Made by a program: the position numbers and the translations under genes. A stretch of DNA of 64,000 nt, taken from positions 1,302,001-1,366,000 of the forward strand of contig MCFH01000005.1 in assembly GCA_002104945.1 (NCBI GenBank), written 5' to 3'. This document shows positions 1 to 12,207 of the stretch, piece after piece. The notes beneath the pieces are model-generated. The model had not been told where the DNA came from and did not search any database. It saw only the letters and a program-made list of their open reading frames with translations. Every line of letters starts with the position of its first letter. Position 1 is the first letter of the stretch. The DNA is from Piromyces finnis finn (lineage: Eukaryota > Fungi > Neocallimastigomycota).

Positions 1-360
1 TTATTTTTTAAAAATATCCATTTTAATGTGTTAAAATGTAGAACTAATTTATTATTATAATCTTTAATTTGGTATAATATTCCAATAAATTTTAGTAATT
101 TTAATTTTAATTATTTGAAAATTAAAATATATATATTTAAACTTTTTTTAATTTTGAAAATGACTCTATTTATCGAACTTTTGTGAAACATATGAAAGTA
201 ATAAAGAAATGGTAAAAAAAAAAAAAAAAAAAAACGATATAAAATAAAGGAAAAAGTGATTTTTTTTAAGAAAAAAAATTGTATTGAAATAATAATAAAA
301 TTAAAATAAATATATTCAACAAATATACCCATACTTATTTATTTGTAAAATACTTTAAAA

Positions 361-1158
361 ATGAAAATAGGATTTATTACTAGTGTATTAACATTATTCA
401 CCACTAGTTCAGTATTTGCTGAAATATCTTTTATTGATTACCATAAAAAAAATTATGGTAATGACATAGATAATAATGTATTAATTAAATGTTCAAATAT
501 TATTGAAGAATACCAAAATGAATGTATAGGTTCGGAAATTGATTCATTTTCAAAAAATAAAATTGATGGATTATGTGATAGATACAATTCAGAGAAATGT
601 CAATATTTATTTGAAGATATTGATGATACATTGAAAGAATGTAAAAAGTTGCCAGAAAATGAATATAATAATATTATTGAATATTTCAATGAAACTTCGG
701 TTTTTAATGAATTATATTGTACTAAAAATGAGAGTAATGAAAACTGTCCAATCATCGATTTAGATATGTTTACTGGAACTACATTAACAGGTTATATATT
801 AAATGGTGTTATGTTAAATTCTACTTTTCCATCAGAGGAAAATTATAAAAATGTTATAAATAATACTTGTAGATCTAAAAAATGTAATGATGCTTTATAT
901 AAATTTGTATATTTCTTTGGTGATGAAAATCAAAACTCCGAAACCATCACTAGAAAAAATACTGAGGAAAATTCTAATAAATTTTTGGAATTTAGAAAAT
1001 CAGTTATCGCAATTTTAAAATCTGATAATTGTACTGCATTAGGTAATGAATCACAAGAACATATTGCTAATGGTGTCACTAAAACCCAAATTAGCGTTGG
1101 TTTTATTGTTGCTACATTATCCTTATTTTTAGTACTTTTAAATGATAATACTCTATAG
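361..1158 (+). CDS. Secreted cysteine-rich protein with hydrophobic C-terminus (putative GPI-anchored/surface protein, unknown function)
   Basis: Intronless 265-aa ORF. Signal-peptide-like N-terminus MKIGFITSVLTLFTTSSVFA, about 10 spaced Cys, and C-terminal hydrophobic stretch ISVGFIVATLSLFLVLL after small residues (ANG). Confidence 0.7.
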   Translation: MKIGFITSVLTLFTTSSVFAEISFIDYHKKNYGNDIDNNVLIKCSNIIEEYQNECIGSEIDSFSKNKIDGLCDRYNSEKCQYLFEDIDDTLKECKKLPENEYNNIIEYFNETSVFNELYCTKNESNENCPIIDLDMFTGTTLTGYILNGVMLNSTFPSEENYKNVINNTCRSKKCNDALYKFVYFFGDENQNSETITRKNTEENSNKFLEFRKSVIAILKSDNCTALGNESQEHIANGVTKTQISVGFIVATLSLFLVLLNDNTL

Positions 1159-1596
1159 ATGATAGAGTAACAATATTAATATTATTAGTATTGTTTAAGA
1201 TAATTTATTTTTAATAGTCTATTTTATAATATATATATAATTATGGTAAATATATAATAATGTATTTAGTATAATTAAGAATTAATATCAACATTAAAAA
1301 TGAAAAAATGAAGAATCATTTTACAAATTAAAAAAAATATATTATTATATTTTATATTTTTCATGTTTTTTTACATATTTTTTATATTTTTTATATATTT
1401 TATTGATTAGTTTTTTATAATTATAAAAAAAATAAAAAAATATTTATTAAATAGATGAATATATATTTTATTTTATTATTTTTAAAATAAGATTAATATT
1501 TTTGAATTTTATAATATGTAATGATAAAAAAAAAATTTATGTTTTACACTATTTTTTTTTAAAGTTAATTATACATTAAATTATTAAAAAAGGGTA

Positions 1597-4500
1597 TTAG
1601 AATTTTAATAAAAATGAATTTCTATTCTTTATAAGGAAATTATGAGTTTTAAACACATTCTTATTTAAATCTTCAACACTTAAATTATTCTTGACAAGAT
1701 AATTATGAATATATATTCTATATATTTTATCTATATATAAGAAATATATAATGACAAAAGAATTTGTTAAGGTTCCCCCAAATTGGAAGATATAAATTAA
1801 TTTATTATTGTTGAACTGTGTGACTATTCGATAAAGTATTATATATATTATGTATGTATAAATAGGTACAAATAAAGGCTTAAAAATAGTTTAGAATTAA
1901 TATACATATATTAAATAATTGTAATGGTTAGATTATTGTATCTTCCAAGAATATTCATAGGGATATACATTAATATTTTTATTTACCTCTTTAAATCTTT
2001 CATTTAAGCTTCTTATGGCATATGCTGTATACGAACCGATTATTATATAAATAACATTAAATATTTCACTAATAAATAATTTTTTAAATATATTTATTTA
2101 TATGTTATAGTTATATATATATATTATTATTATTAATATAAATAATATTTTTATTTTTAGTTTAACTTCTCAATGATTTTTAATTAATTATAATTAAATA
2201 AAATGATATACTGGTATATTAATAAAATACCTTAATATTGTAATTCTAGAATGGACACATTGTTCATACTCTTTATTTGCAGTATCTAATTTTGTCTCTG
2301 ATTTTATTGAATTTGTTAATAATAACACAAATAATACGAGAATATGAACTACTATAAGAATTACGAGAGGAATATATTTAATAATGATGGCTTTTGTTTT
2401 TGAATTTTTATGTCTCATTTTAAAGAATCTATATTTAAAAGCAAATAATAATTAAATGGATAATAATTAATGGAGAAAAAAAAATTATTATCCCATTACA
2501 ATATAATCAATATTTATAATTTTATATAGGTTAATCTACAAAAAACATAGAATAAATTTATTAATATTATATTTTACATAAGATAGATTCTTAAAGATTT
2601 TGTTATAATGGATCCGTATATTAGTATAAATCCCTAATGATACACAATGTTATTTAATACATTAATAATGTCACATTATTTTTTATTTTTAGGTTTATAT
2701 ATATAATATTATATAAATTAACATACCAAATTGTCAAATATATAATAAAAATAGCAATCAGTTTTTGTGAAATGTTCTTTAATTTGAAATATAATATAGA
2801 GAGCATTTAATAAAATGCCTACAAGCATAAAATTCAAGAAATCATAACTGGCTATAATATATTAATTAATAGTAAATAAATCAATTTATTATTATTGTAA
2901 AAATTTTAAAAAAAAAAAAATTAATATAAATTTTAATAATATTAATAGTTTTTTTTTTTTTTAATTACCAGCTTTAATAATTTGATTCTTTCTGTAAAAG
3001 TAAATACCAACAAAAACAGTAATTGTTAATGCTATCAATATGTAAGATAAGAAAAGGAATAAATAATCTGTGATCTTATTTCTTTTTTGCTTATAATATT
3101 CTGAACAAGTTTTTCCAGTAAAAGATGTTTTTGAACAATCACATAAATTATCGTTAACACATTTCCCTGCATTAACACATTGTGGATTACATTTTGGTAA
3201 ATAACTATAAAAATGTAATGAATAATAGTTAATAAAAAATTAATAAAGATTTAATATATATTTAAATAGGTATATTCCATGATATTAAATTTATAGAGCG
3301 TACCATGATTTAATATTTATTCCATCTCTATCTTGATTAATATAAAGTGACTCATTACATTCTTTAATTTTTATTTTCATTGTTATTAAATTATCTTTAA
3401 ATGCAAAGAATTGTCCTAAATAAATTTATTTTATTAAAAAAAAAATTTTTTTTTATGTTAACAAATTTTTATTTATTATCATTGTTAAATTATATAATAA
3501 ATCTTGCTTATATCTATAGGATTCCTTATTAAAAATAAGTTATATACCAAAGGAGACAATTTTTATTTCCAGTAAATAATTTCCGGGATTTGCTACCACT
3601 AATTAATTATACCAAATCATATATTTTTTTTAAAAGGTTACCAGTGGTTAGAATCTTATAATATAAATTATTATATTCATATTTCTATTACCTCTTAAAT
3701 TTTTAAATTTACATGAATTGTTCATACAGTATCCCTTTGTAGGGCCATATATTTTAAAAGGTTCATAACTATCATTATTATCTTTTAATGATATATCATA
3801 GTATAGCAATTCATCTAATTTTGCACTATTGATATCTCCATTAACTTCAAATTCTATAGATTTAATAATTGAGTTAATTTATAGAATAATCATTACTAGC
3901 AATATTAAAACAATATTTTATATATATTACTGTTTCCGTAATCATCATATGCAGTACCTTTAATAAATTTTAATTATATAATAATTAATTGTTAGTTTTA
4001 TAAATATAATTTTTTTGTATTTAAATATTTAAATATATTCTTATTAATAATATTCATTACAAGAATATTCTTTTTCAATGATATCTCCAGATAACATTTC
4101 TATTGTATCATATTTATTATAATTATCAAATGAAAGGTGAGTTGGATTTGTAACAAAATTGTTTTTATCTTTTTTTAATTTATTTAACACACTGTAATCC
4201 ATTTGAAATAAAGCTGCATGTTGAACATCAAATACATATGATATTTTTCCTAACAAAATTTATCAATTGCAACAGCAGTAGCAAATATGAGATGAAAAAA
4301 AAATAATATTATCATAAAAAATAATTTTTATTATTAATTTAATAGACAATTTATCTATTGTATTTACCAAGCATTGCATTATTATCTATAAATTCACAAT
4401 TTTTAAAATTAATTATAGTATCAATATATTGTTCATCCCTTGCATTAGCATATATAATACCTCCAAATTTTTCAGCAGTATTATTAACAAAGGAACATTG

Positions 4501-5083
4501 AATACATGTTATTGTAGGAGTAACACCTTTACCATATACATCATTAAAATTTATAAATGTTCCCTTTTCTGATCTATTGTTTATAAATTTTAATCTTGAA
4601 TAGTTATGAGTTCCATGTAGGAATTTATAGTTTGTATAATATAAAAATCCATTTTTAAAATAGGAATTGGTAATTGTATTGTTGATCATAGCTACATCTC
4701 CTGCTGGGATTTCCATTCCTACCACTTTTATGTATTAAAATAAAAAGCATTTAACTTTTTAACAACTTTCTTTTTAATTTAATAAAATTATAAATAAATA
4801 TTTATTTTTTATATTTTCATTATTATTGAATTATAAGATTTGATTTTTTTTATTTACTTCCATAGATATCACTAAATATATTGTTGGTAAAATTAAACGA
4901 TGATAAATATACGTTTTCACTTCCATATATAATGGCATTTTCAAATAAAAAGGAATACATTTTTAACTCTGGATCAATTGGGTTACATTTATTATATTTA
5001 TTACATTCATGAATATTATGAAACTTGTTATATAAATAATTCTTATTAGTAAAAATAATTTTATTTTATGAAATTATATTTAC

Positions 5084-5117
<34 letters not shown>

Positions 5118-7542
5118 ATTATTATTATTATTAATATTATTATTATATAAAACAATATTTTTACTTCAGAATCAACAATTTCAATACCACCTGCATTAGT
5201 GAAAATTAAAACTAAAAAAGAAAAAAGAATCAAAAATTAAAATTTAAATACTAATTAAAGGATATTTCTTATATGGGAATCAATATATTATTACCTCCAT
5301 TTTCATATACATCTCGCAATATAAAATTTTTTAATTTTAATGATGCTAAAGAAATAATAATTATTATAATATTATAATAATAAAAGATTAGAATATTATT
5401 ATTACTAATAATCATATAATCTAATTTATATATTACTAGTAGCGGCGGTAGTTCCATTTGTACGAATATTAAGGATTGGCTCAGCAAATACTGTTTTTAA
5501 ATTCGATATTGTTGAGTTCATCATATTCACAGAGGCAATACCTTCTAAAAAAATTAGCCTATATATGGATTTTTTTTTATTTCAATCCAAATTAAAAAGA
5601 AATTTTATTAATATATATAAATTTAAAATAATCAAATATTGATAAGATATATTTTTAATACCCTGATTTTATTCCTTGAATATTTGATGCATAAAGACTA
5701 TAGATTACATTAAATGATGATTAATACAATTTGTTGTATTTATTTATAATAATGATGTTTTTTTTTTAATTTTTTTATTAAGAAACAAGATATTACCCAT
5801 TAATTATTGCACTTCCAGAATTTGATGATATTATTGAAGCAGTGTATTGTTCACTTTCTTGTACAATATTTTTAATATTAAATGTATTAATAAAAATTCT
5901 TGCACCTCTTGTTCTTGGATTATATGATTTAATTAGAGCTCCTTCATCTCTCGAATAAAACCTATCGACACTCATATTACTTGAGATTATATAATTATCA
6001 GAAATAATAAAAAAAACGATATGATGATTATATTAATAACAATAATTATACTTGGTATTTAGTATTTTCTTTTAATTCAAATATTTCTATTAATATATAT
6101 TCAATTTTAATTTTACACTAAATCAACTTTTCCATCTCCTTCAATAGTAATAAGTGATCCAGTATTAATATCACTTCCATAATATTTATTTAATGATACC
6201 TCAACTGATCCAAATGAACTGTTTGAATGATTAATAAATATATAATTTAATACTTTTTTTTTTTTAAATTTATTCGAAATATTTAAAGGTTAAACTATTA
6301 TACCTAAAAAAAGTTCCTTCTGTTATAAAATGGTTTCTTTTTAAATTTCCATATTGATAAACATTATTTAAATAAACGTATGAATGAATTATGCTATCAT
6401 TATTAAAAAATGAAAAAGCATGTCCCTGTTATAGTTGAATCATTCATTTTAAAAAAGAAAAATACCACAGTTATAAATAAAAATAAAATATAAATATTTA
6501 TATTTATGTTTTAATGATGTTGCATTTAATACAAAAAAAAAAAAAAGTATCATTACAGCTTCATAGCTTGTTGAATTTCTAAAAACTATATAGTCAATGT
6601 AAGTCTGATATGAAAATTTGATAGAAATTGAACCACCAGGAGAAACAGAATAATTATTATTAAATTTATTATTAATTAAAGTATTATTTGAATATAAAAT
6701 ATTAAGAGCTCCTCCACTTTTTATTTTAATAAATATGAAATGTGAAAAAAGCACAATAAAATATTAATAAAAACCATTATTTATTAGAGTACGAATAACA
6801 ATTTTTTTTTATTTTTTATTTTTTCATAATAAAATTATACTTATTAGTACCTAAGAAGTTTATATCCACTATAAAACTGTTCAAATTTTGAATCACTACA
6901 AGTGAAACTTGCGTATTGTAATGAAATAGCACCATTATAATAATTACCATCAAAGTTTGAATTTTTAATATTAATATTTGTTGGATGAGTTTTTGCATTT
7001 TCAATTTTTATTAAATGAATATTGGAGATGGTATTTCCATACCATTTAGAATTAATAATATCCATATGATAATTATATATTTCATATCCGTTGGATTGAT
7101 TTGGTAAATGAAATTCTGAATATGAAATTTTCAAATTCTTATAAATAGATGTGTCATTATTATTCGATATAAAATATCCATTTAATTTTACTTTATAAAA
7201 ATCGATATTCAAATTGTTATTAAATTTTATGTTTCCATTAATAGCTATATTTTTAAGCTTAATATCTTCACAATTTTCTAGGAAAGATAAATTTATTGAG
7301 TCCACATTTACAAAGTTTAGTGTAGAATTATTTGCTGACCCAGAAATTGAAATTTTCTTTATATTAATATTTAGAACATCAAGATTATCTAATACTATAT
7401 GGTTTCCGATAGATAATGTTTCTTCTCCATTTACTAAACTTTCTATAAACTCATCTTTATTATATACATTTTTTCCATTAATTTTTGATATAATTATATT
7501 AAAATACGATATAATATATAATATTTTAAATAGAAATATCAT
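1597..7542 (-). CDS. Multi-exon class-C-like 7TM receptor (7tm_3-like) with large beta-helix/pectin-lyase-fold (Pmp-like GGA[IL]/FxxN repeat) ectodomain and EGF-like domain
   Basis: ORF-track exons 6844-7542 (signal peptide), 6449-6754 (GGALNILYSNNTLINNKFNNNYSVSPGGSISI), 5793-5975 and 4351-4725 (FVNNTAEKFGGIIY). A manually translated exon at ~2970-3205 gives LPKCNPQCVNAGKCVNDNLCDCSKTSFTGKTCSEY followed by TM1. An exon at ~1990-2070 gives YTAYAIRSLNERFKE, a class-C-like motif. The last exon PLFVPIYTYIIYIILYRIV...FLYIDKIY...LLKF ends at TAA 1597-1599. Not all internal exon borders were mapped. Confidence 0.8.
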
Positions 7543-8060
7543 TTTTTTTTATTTATTTAAGAATAAATATAATATAGCCTTTTAAATTTATAGATTAATA
7601 ATGAATTGAAAAAAAAAGAATAATATATATTAACAAATAAATAGTAATAAAATTTATTTTCCTTTTTTTCTTCTTATTTAATAGTATATATTTATTCTAT
7701 TTAACATTATAATACTATAGTACTATTGAATATTAATAATATTAATTATTATTTTTTATAAAATAAGAATATATCATTAAAAAAAAATGTTTGTTTTCTA
7801 AAAAACTTTATTTCTTATACTATTGAAATTTAAAAAGTAAAAAATTCGCCTAGTTATATTATTTAATCCTAACAATTGATCGTTTTTAATATATTTAAGT
7901 TATTAAAGTTATATGCTAGTTTTTTTTTTTTCTTTCATTCTTTCTTTCTTTTTGATATAATTCAAAGTATTTTCTTTTTTATTATTATCTTTAAAAAAAG
8001 ATAGTTGTAATGAAAAATATTATACTATTTTATATACTATTAGAATTATAAAATGTTATT

Positions 8061-8095
<35 letters not shown>

Positions 8096-8152
8096 AAAAA
8101 AATCTATATTTCATTATTTGGTAATATGAATTGTATAGTATTTGTAGGGATT

Positions 8153-8353
8153 ACCTTTACCTATTCTAATGTACATGGATTAAGTGAGCGTCGAAGCTGA
8201 AGAAACAGTATGACAGACCAGGAGGGTCACAACCACCTAGCAATAGGAATGAGCCAACGTTTCTCTAAGAACCACCATTGGAGCTAACTCTGATCGATGG
8301 GAGAAATGCACTCGGAAGTTAAAAAAAAAAAAAAAAAAAAACCTTTACCTATT
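8153..8353 (+). mobile_element. Short non-LTR retroposon insertion (SINE or 5'-truncated LINE) with poly(A) tail and 13-bp target-site duplication
   Basis: ACCTTTACCTATT occurs at 8153-8165 and again at 8341-8353. It flanks a GC-richer ~155-bp body (8166-8320) plus an A20 tail (8321-8340), in otherwise very AT-rich DNA. Confidence 0.85.
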
Positions 8354-9893
8354 AAAAATTGAAAAAGAGTTTAAGGAAATTTTTTAATTGTCAAGTATTA
8401 AAGTTTTGATCCATTTTAAATATTAACTTTAAGTCAATTTTTTCTTTATTTTTCCTTTTTGTAAACATAAGACTACACATTTAAAATTTAAATTATTGTT
8501 TCAGATAGTATAATATGCTTTATTTAGTCTGCTTTTTTTTTTTTTTTTTTCGTAGATTCTAAATTCTTACAAAAAAAAAGGTAATTGTATTAAATAATTA
8601 TGAATTATGTACATACTTATATTCAAAAAACACTTCGTATTAAAATGATAAAGAAAAACATTTTGCATTATATTGTATAATGATAATACGAATTTTTGTT
8701 TAAAAAACAAGGTTTAAAAAAGAAATAATAATAATTTATCATCTCAGAAAAATGATATAATTAAAAGCATTAATCAATGTATTTTAATTATAAAAATATA
8801 AAATCATGATTTACACATGTCATGGTTATCTTCAAAAACATGATCAGTTTTTTTATTAATTAAAAATTAAAAATTCTATTTAAAATTTATTCCATTTTAT
8901 TATATTCCAATTATATATTAAATAATATATAATAATCAATTGTTTATTCAAAATGTTTTGTATTGTAATTATTCCATAAAATCTTAAAATTTAATATTTT
9001 TAAATTAATTTATATATTAATTTTTTTTTAAATTAAAAATATTTTTTTTATTAGATTTTAACCTTGATAAAAAAAATTGACACTTTGATAAAAAAAGGAA
9101 ATGAAATTGAAGATTAGGAGGAAAATAGTAATGCAATTTAAATGTTCCTATTTATAAAGATGCCTTTTTTTTATATGTATAATGAAAACAGAAATAATTA
9201 TGTTTAATTAAAAAAATAGTACTGAATATATTGAAATAAATAAAATTAATAACTACAAAGGTATGAAACAGAAATGAGTAAACAATTATTAATTACATTC
9301 AACATTATTATTTGATACAATCATTAAATTCAAAAAGATTGATAATTATAAATATAAATATATTTTTTTAATATAATTATAAATTGTTGATGCTATTTAA
9401 CATTGAATATATTTATTATTATTAAGGAATAAAAACTTTTTTTTTTTTTTTGATATATTATGTATATAAAGACTACAAATATAATATAAAAATGAAAAAG
9501 TAAAGAATAGAAACAAACAAATAATATGTATATATACGATTAAATGAAATAATAAAAAAAGGTAGCATTTATTTATTATTTGTTAAAAATTAAATTATTT
9601 TTTTCATTGATTTTGTTATTTACAATTTTGTTTGATAGTTATAAGAGTATGTTATTTTTAGATAATTAAATAGAATAAATCTTTATGTTTTTATTTAATA
9701 ATCTAAAATAAATGATAATACAAAAATTCCAGAGTATTTTATATAATTAGATGATTTTTTTTTTTTTAAAAAAAACATGGGATAAAAACTTTAACATTGT
9801 ATTTATTAGCATTTTCTTTCTTTGTGTCCTAGTGGAGATTTATCACAGTTACTAATTCAATTCTAATATTAAACTAAAGAAAAAAAAAAAAAA

Positions 9894-10802
9894 TTATTTT
9901 TCCATCCATTCATATAATGTAGATTCTGAATTCAAATTTCTTTTTATTTTACGTTTATTGCGATGAATAAAACGACGACGCCTTTTTTTTGCTTGTTTTT
10001 GTTGTTTCTGTTCATTTCGTTTATTTATATATTTCATATAACCTGCTGTAATTATACTTGATGGTAAAGCAATTAATGCAATTCCGAATATAGAAGATAT
10101 CATAGCTACACATCTTCCTTCTGTTGTCACCGGATACAAGTCCCCGTATCCTACAGTAGTAAGCGAAACTGTAGACCAATAAATAGCATCAAAAAATGTA
10201 TCGAAAGATTCTGGTTCTACATTAAACATTATGAGAGCAGAAGCTAAAATATATCCGAGAGAAAAGGTACCAACTGCATATAATGGGTATTTGGATTCTT
10301 TTACAACGTCAGAAATAATCATAATACTTTTTGAGTATCTGAATGCTTTAAGGAGACGTATTATTTTTAAAGTTTTTATCATATTAAATATTTTCATTAA
10401 TTTGAAACTCTCATTCAAGTTGGTTATTGATGGTAATATGGAAAGTAAATCAATTAATGCAACCATAGTAAATGGATATTTAATGAAGGAAATATATGAT
10501 GAATTCTCTAATTTGTAATCGGCTGTTATAAATTTTAATATATAATCAATGATAAATATTAAAACAGCTATAGTGTCTGTAAATAAAAAAAAAATATAGT
10601 CTTCTTTTAAGGCTAACGGAAAAACACTAACTATTATTGTAATAATCATTATTATATCATAAATTAAACTTAATATATCATTTTTCTTCGACACCTCGAT
10701 AATTTCAAATATTCTTTTACGTGTACATTTTTTTTCAATGAGGTTATCACTTTTGGTATTATAGTATTCTGTAGTATCATTAATATAAATAGTATTATTC
10801 AT
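9894..10802 (-). CDS. Voltage-gated-type 6TM potassium channel (Ion_trans), bacterial-like, intronless
   Basis: 302-aa ORF with pore helix and selectivity filter YWSTVSLTTVGYGDLYP, an S4-like basic segment FKLMKIFNMIKTLKIIRLLKAFRY, and S6 MISSIFGIALIALPSSIITAGY. Confidence 0.92.
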   Translation of the reverse strand: MNNTIYINDTTEYYNTKSDNLIEKKCTRKRIFEIIEVSKKNDILSLIYDIIMIITIIVSVFPLALKEDYIFFLFTDTIAVLIFIIDYILKFITADYKLENSSYISFIKYPFTMVALIDLLSILPSITNLNESFKLMKIFNMIKTLKIIRLLKAFRYSKSIMIISDVVKESKYPLYAVGTFSLGYILASALIMFNVEPESFDTFFDAIYWSTVSLTTVGYGDLYPVTTEGRCVAMISSIFGIALIALPSSIITAGYMKYINKRNEQKQQKQAKKRRRRFIHRNKRKIKRNLNSESTLYEWMEK

Positions 10803-12207
10803 TTTCCTTTTGTATGTTTTATCATATATTAATATAAATTATTAGAATGTTTTAATAATATATAATATTATGCAATTAAACTTTCTTATTTTTAGTATTA
10901 TAATTTAATAATTGTAATATAAATTCAAAGGTTCAATACTATTAATAATTATTTTTATGCTGAAAGATATCGCCAACTTAATAGTAATTATGTATATTTT
11001 ATTATTATTATTATTTTTTTAAATTATCAAAATTATCAGTAGGTAATAGTTTTTATTTTTATAACTAATTAAATACTAATATATAATATATTATATTTTT
11101 AATGGATATATATTTTTTAAATTTAAAGATATTGTAATTGGACTTTTAATATATATATTATTAATTGAAATTCTTTAAAGTGAAACTAGTTTTTTTTTTT
11201 TTTTTTTTTTTTTTTAAATAAATGTTTTAAATACTTTTTTAAAATATATATATATATATATATATAAAACTTTATCTACATTCTGAGAGTAATGATAAGA
11301 ATATATATATTATATATTAATGCCCTCCTATGAAATATTATATCAAAAAGTACACTAAAATTTATATATCAAAGGTGCATTAAATATAATTTATACTATC
11401 AATGTATATATAATGAAATGTATATATTATTCTATAATTCTATAATAATTTAGTATAAAAAAAAAAAAAAAAAAATTAATTTATTGAAATTAAATTAACA
11501 GAAAAATAAAAAAATTTAATATGAAGGAATGTTATTTCATTGGTTAAAAGAATTTAAAAAGAAAAAGTATAATATGAAAAAAAAGTTTCAAATTTTAATT
11601 TTAAACCATTATTTTCACAGTAAGAAAAGGTGTTTTTTTTTTTTTTTTAAATACACCTCATGCATATATTCATTATCTATATTTTATTTTTTCATTTTAT
11701 AAATTTCATAATAATGAAATACAAAAGAAAAAGTATTGAAAATGGATAGGTTAGAAAAAGAAAAAATAATATATAAAAATAGTATAATTATTTTATTTAA
11801 TAAAAAAATAAAATTATATGCTGCATTCATTTATTTTTAACTTATATTAATAATAATGAAAGAAATATCTATTTTTACATAAAATTAATAAAACAAAGAG
11901 TAAACTAGTTTTATGAAATAAAAATTATATATAGATAGTGTTTTTTTTTTTTTTTTTTAAAATAATTTTCTTTTACTAAAAGTAAATATTATTATTAGTA
12001 CATTAATTACTAGCTAATACAAAAAAAAATTAAATACGAATGTATACAAGAAAAAAAAAAAAAAAAAAAGAAATTTAAAGTTAACACAAATATATAAGAA
12101 AAAAAAAAAAGAAGTTTAAAGTTGAGTAAACATTCCTACTTTATTATTCTAATATTTTCATTAAAGTTTATAATGAAAAATACTTTAAAACTTTAAAATT
12201 TATTTTA

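Noticed and set aside
1597-1900. Apparent frameshifts in the last exon of the beta-helix 7TM gene
   Set aside because: Careful re-translation gave an uninterrupted frame to TAA at 1597-1599.
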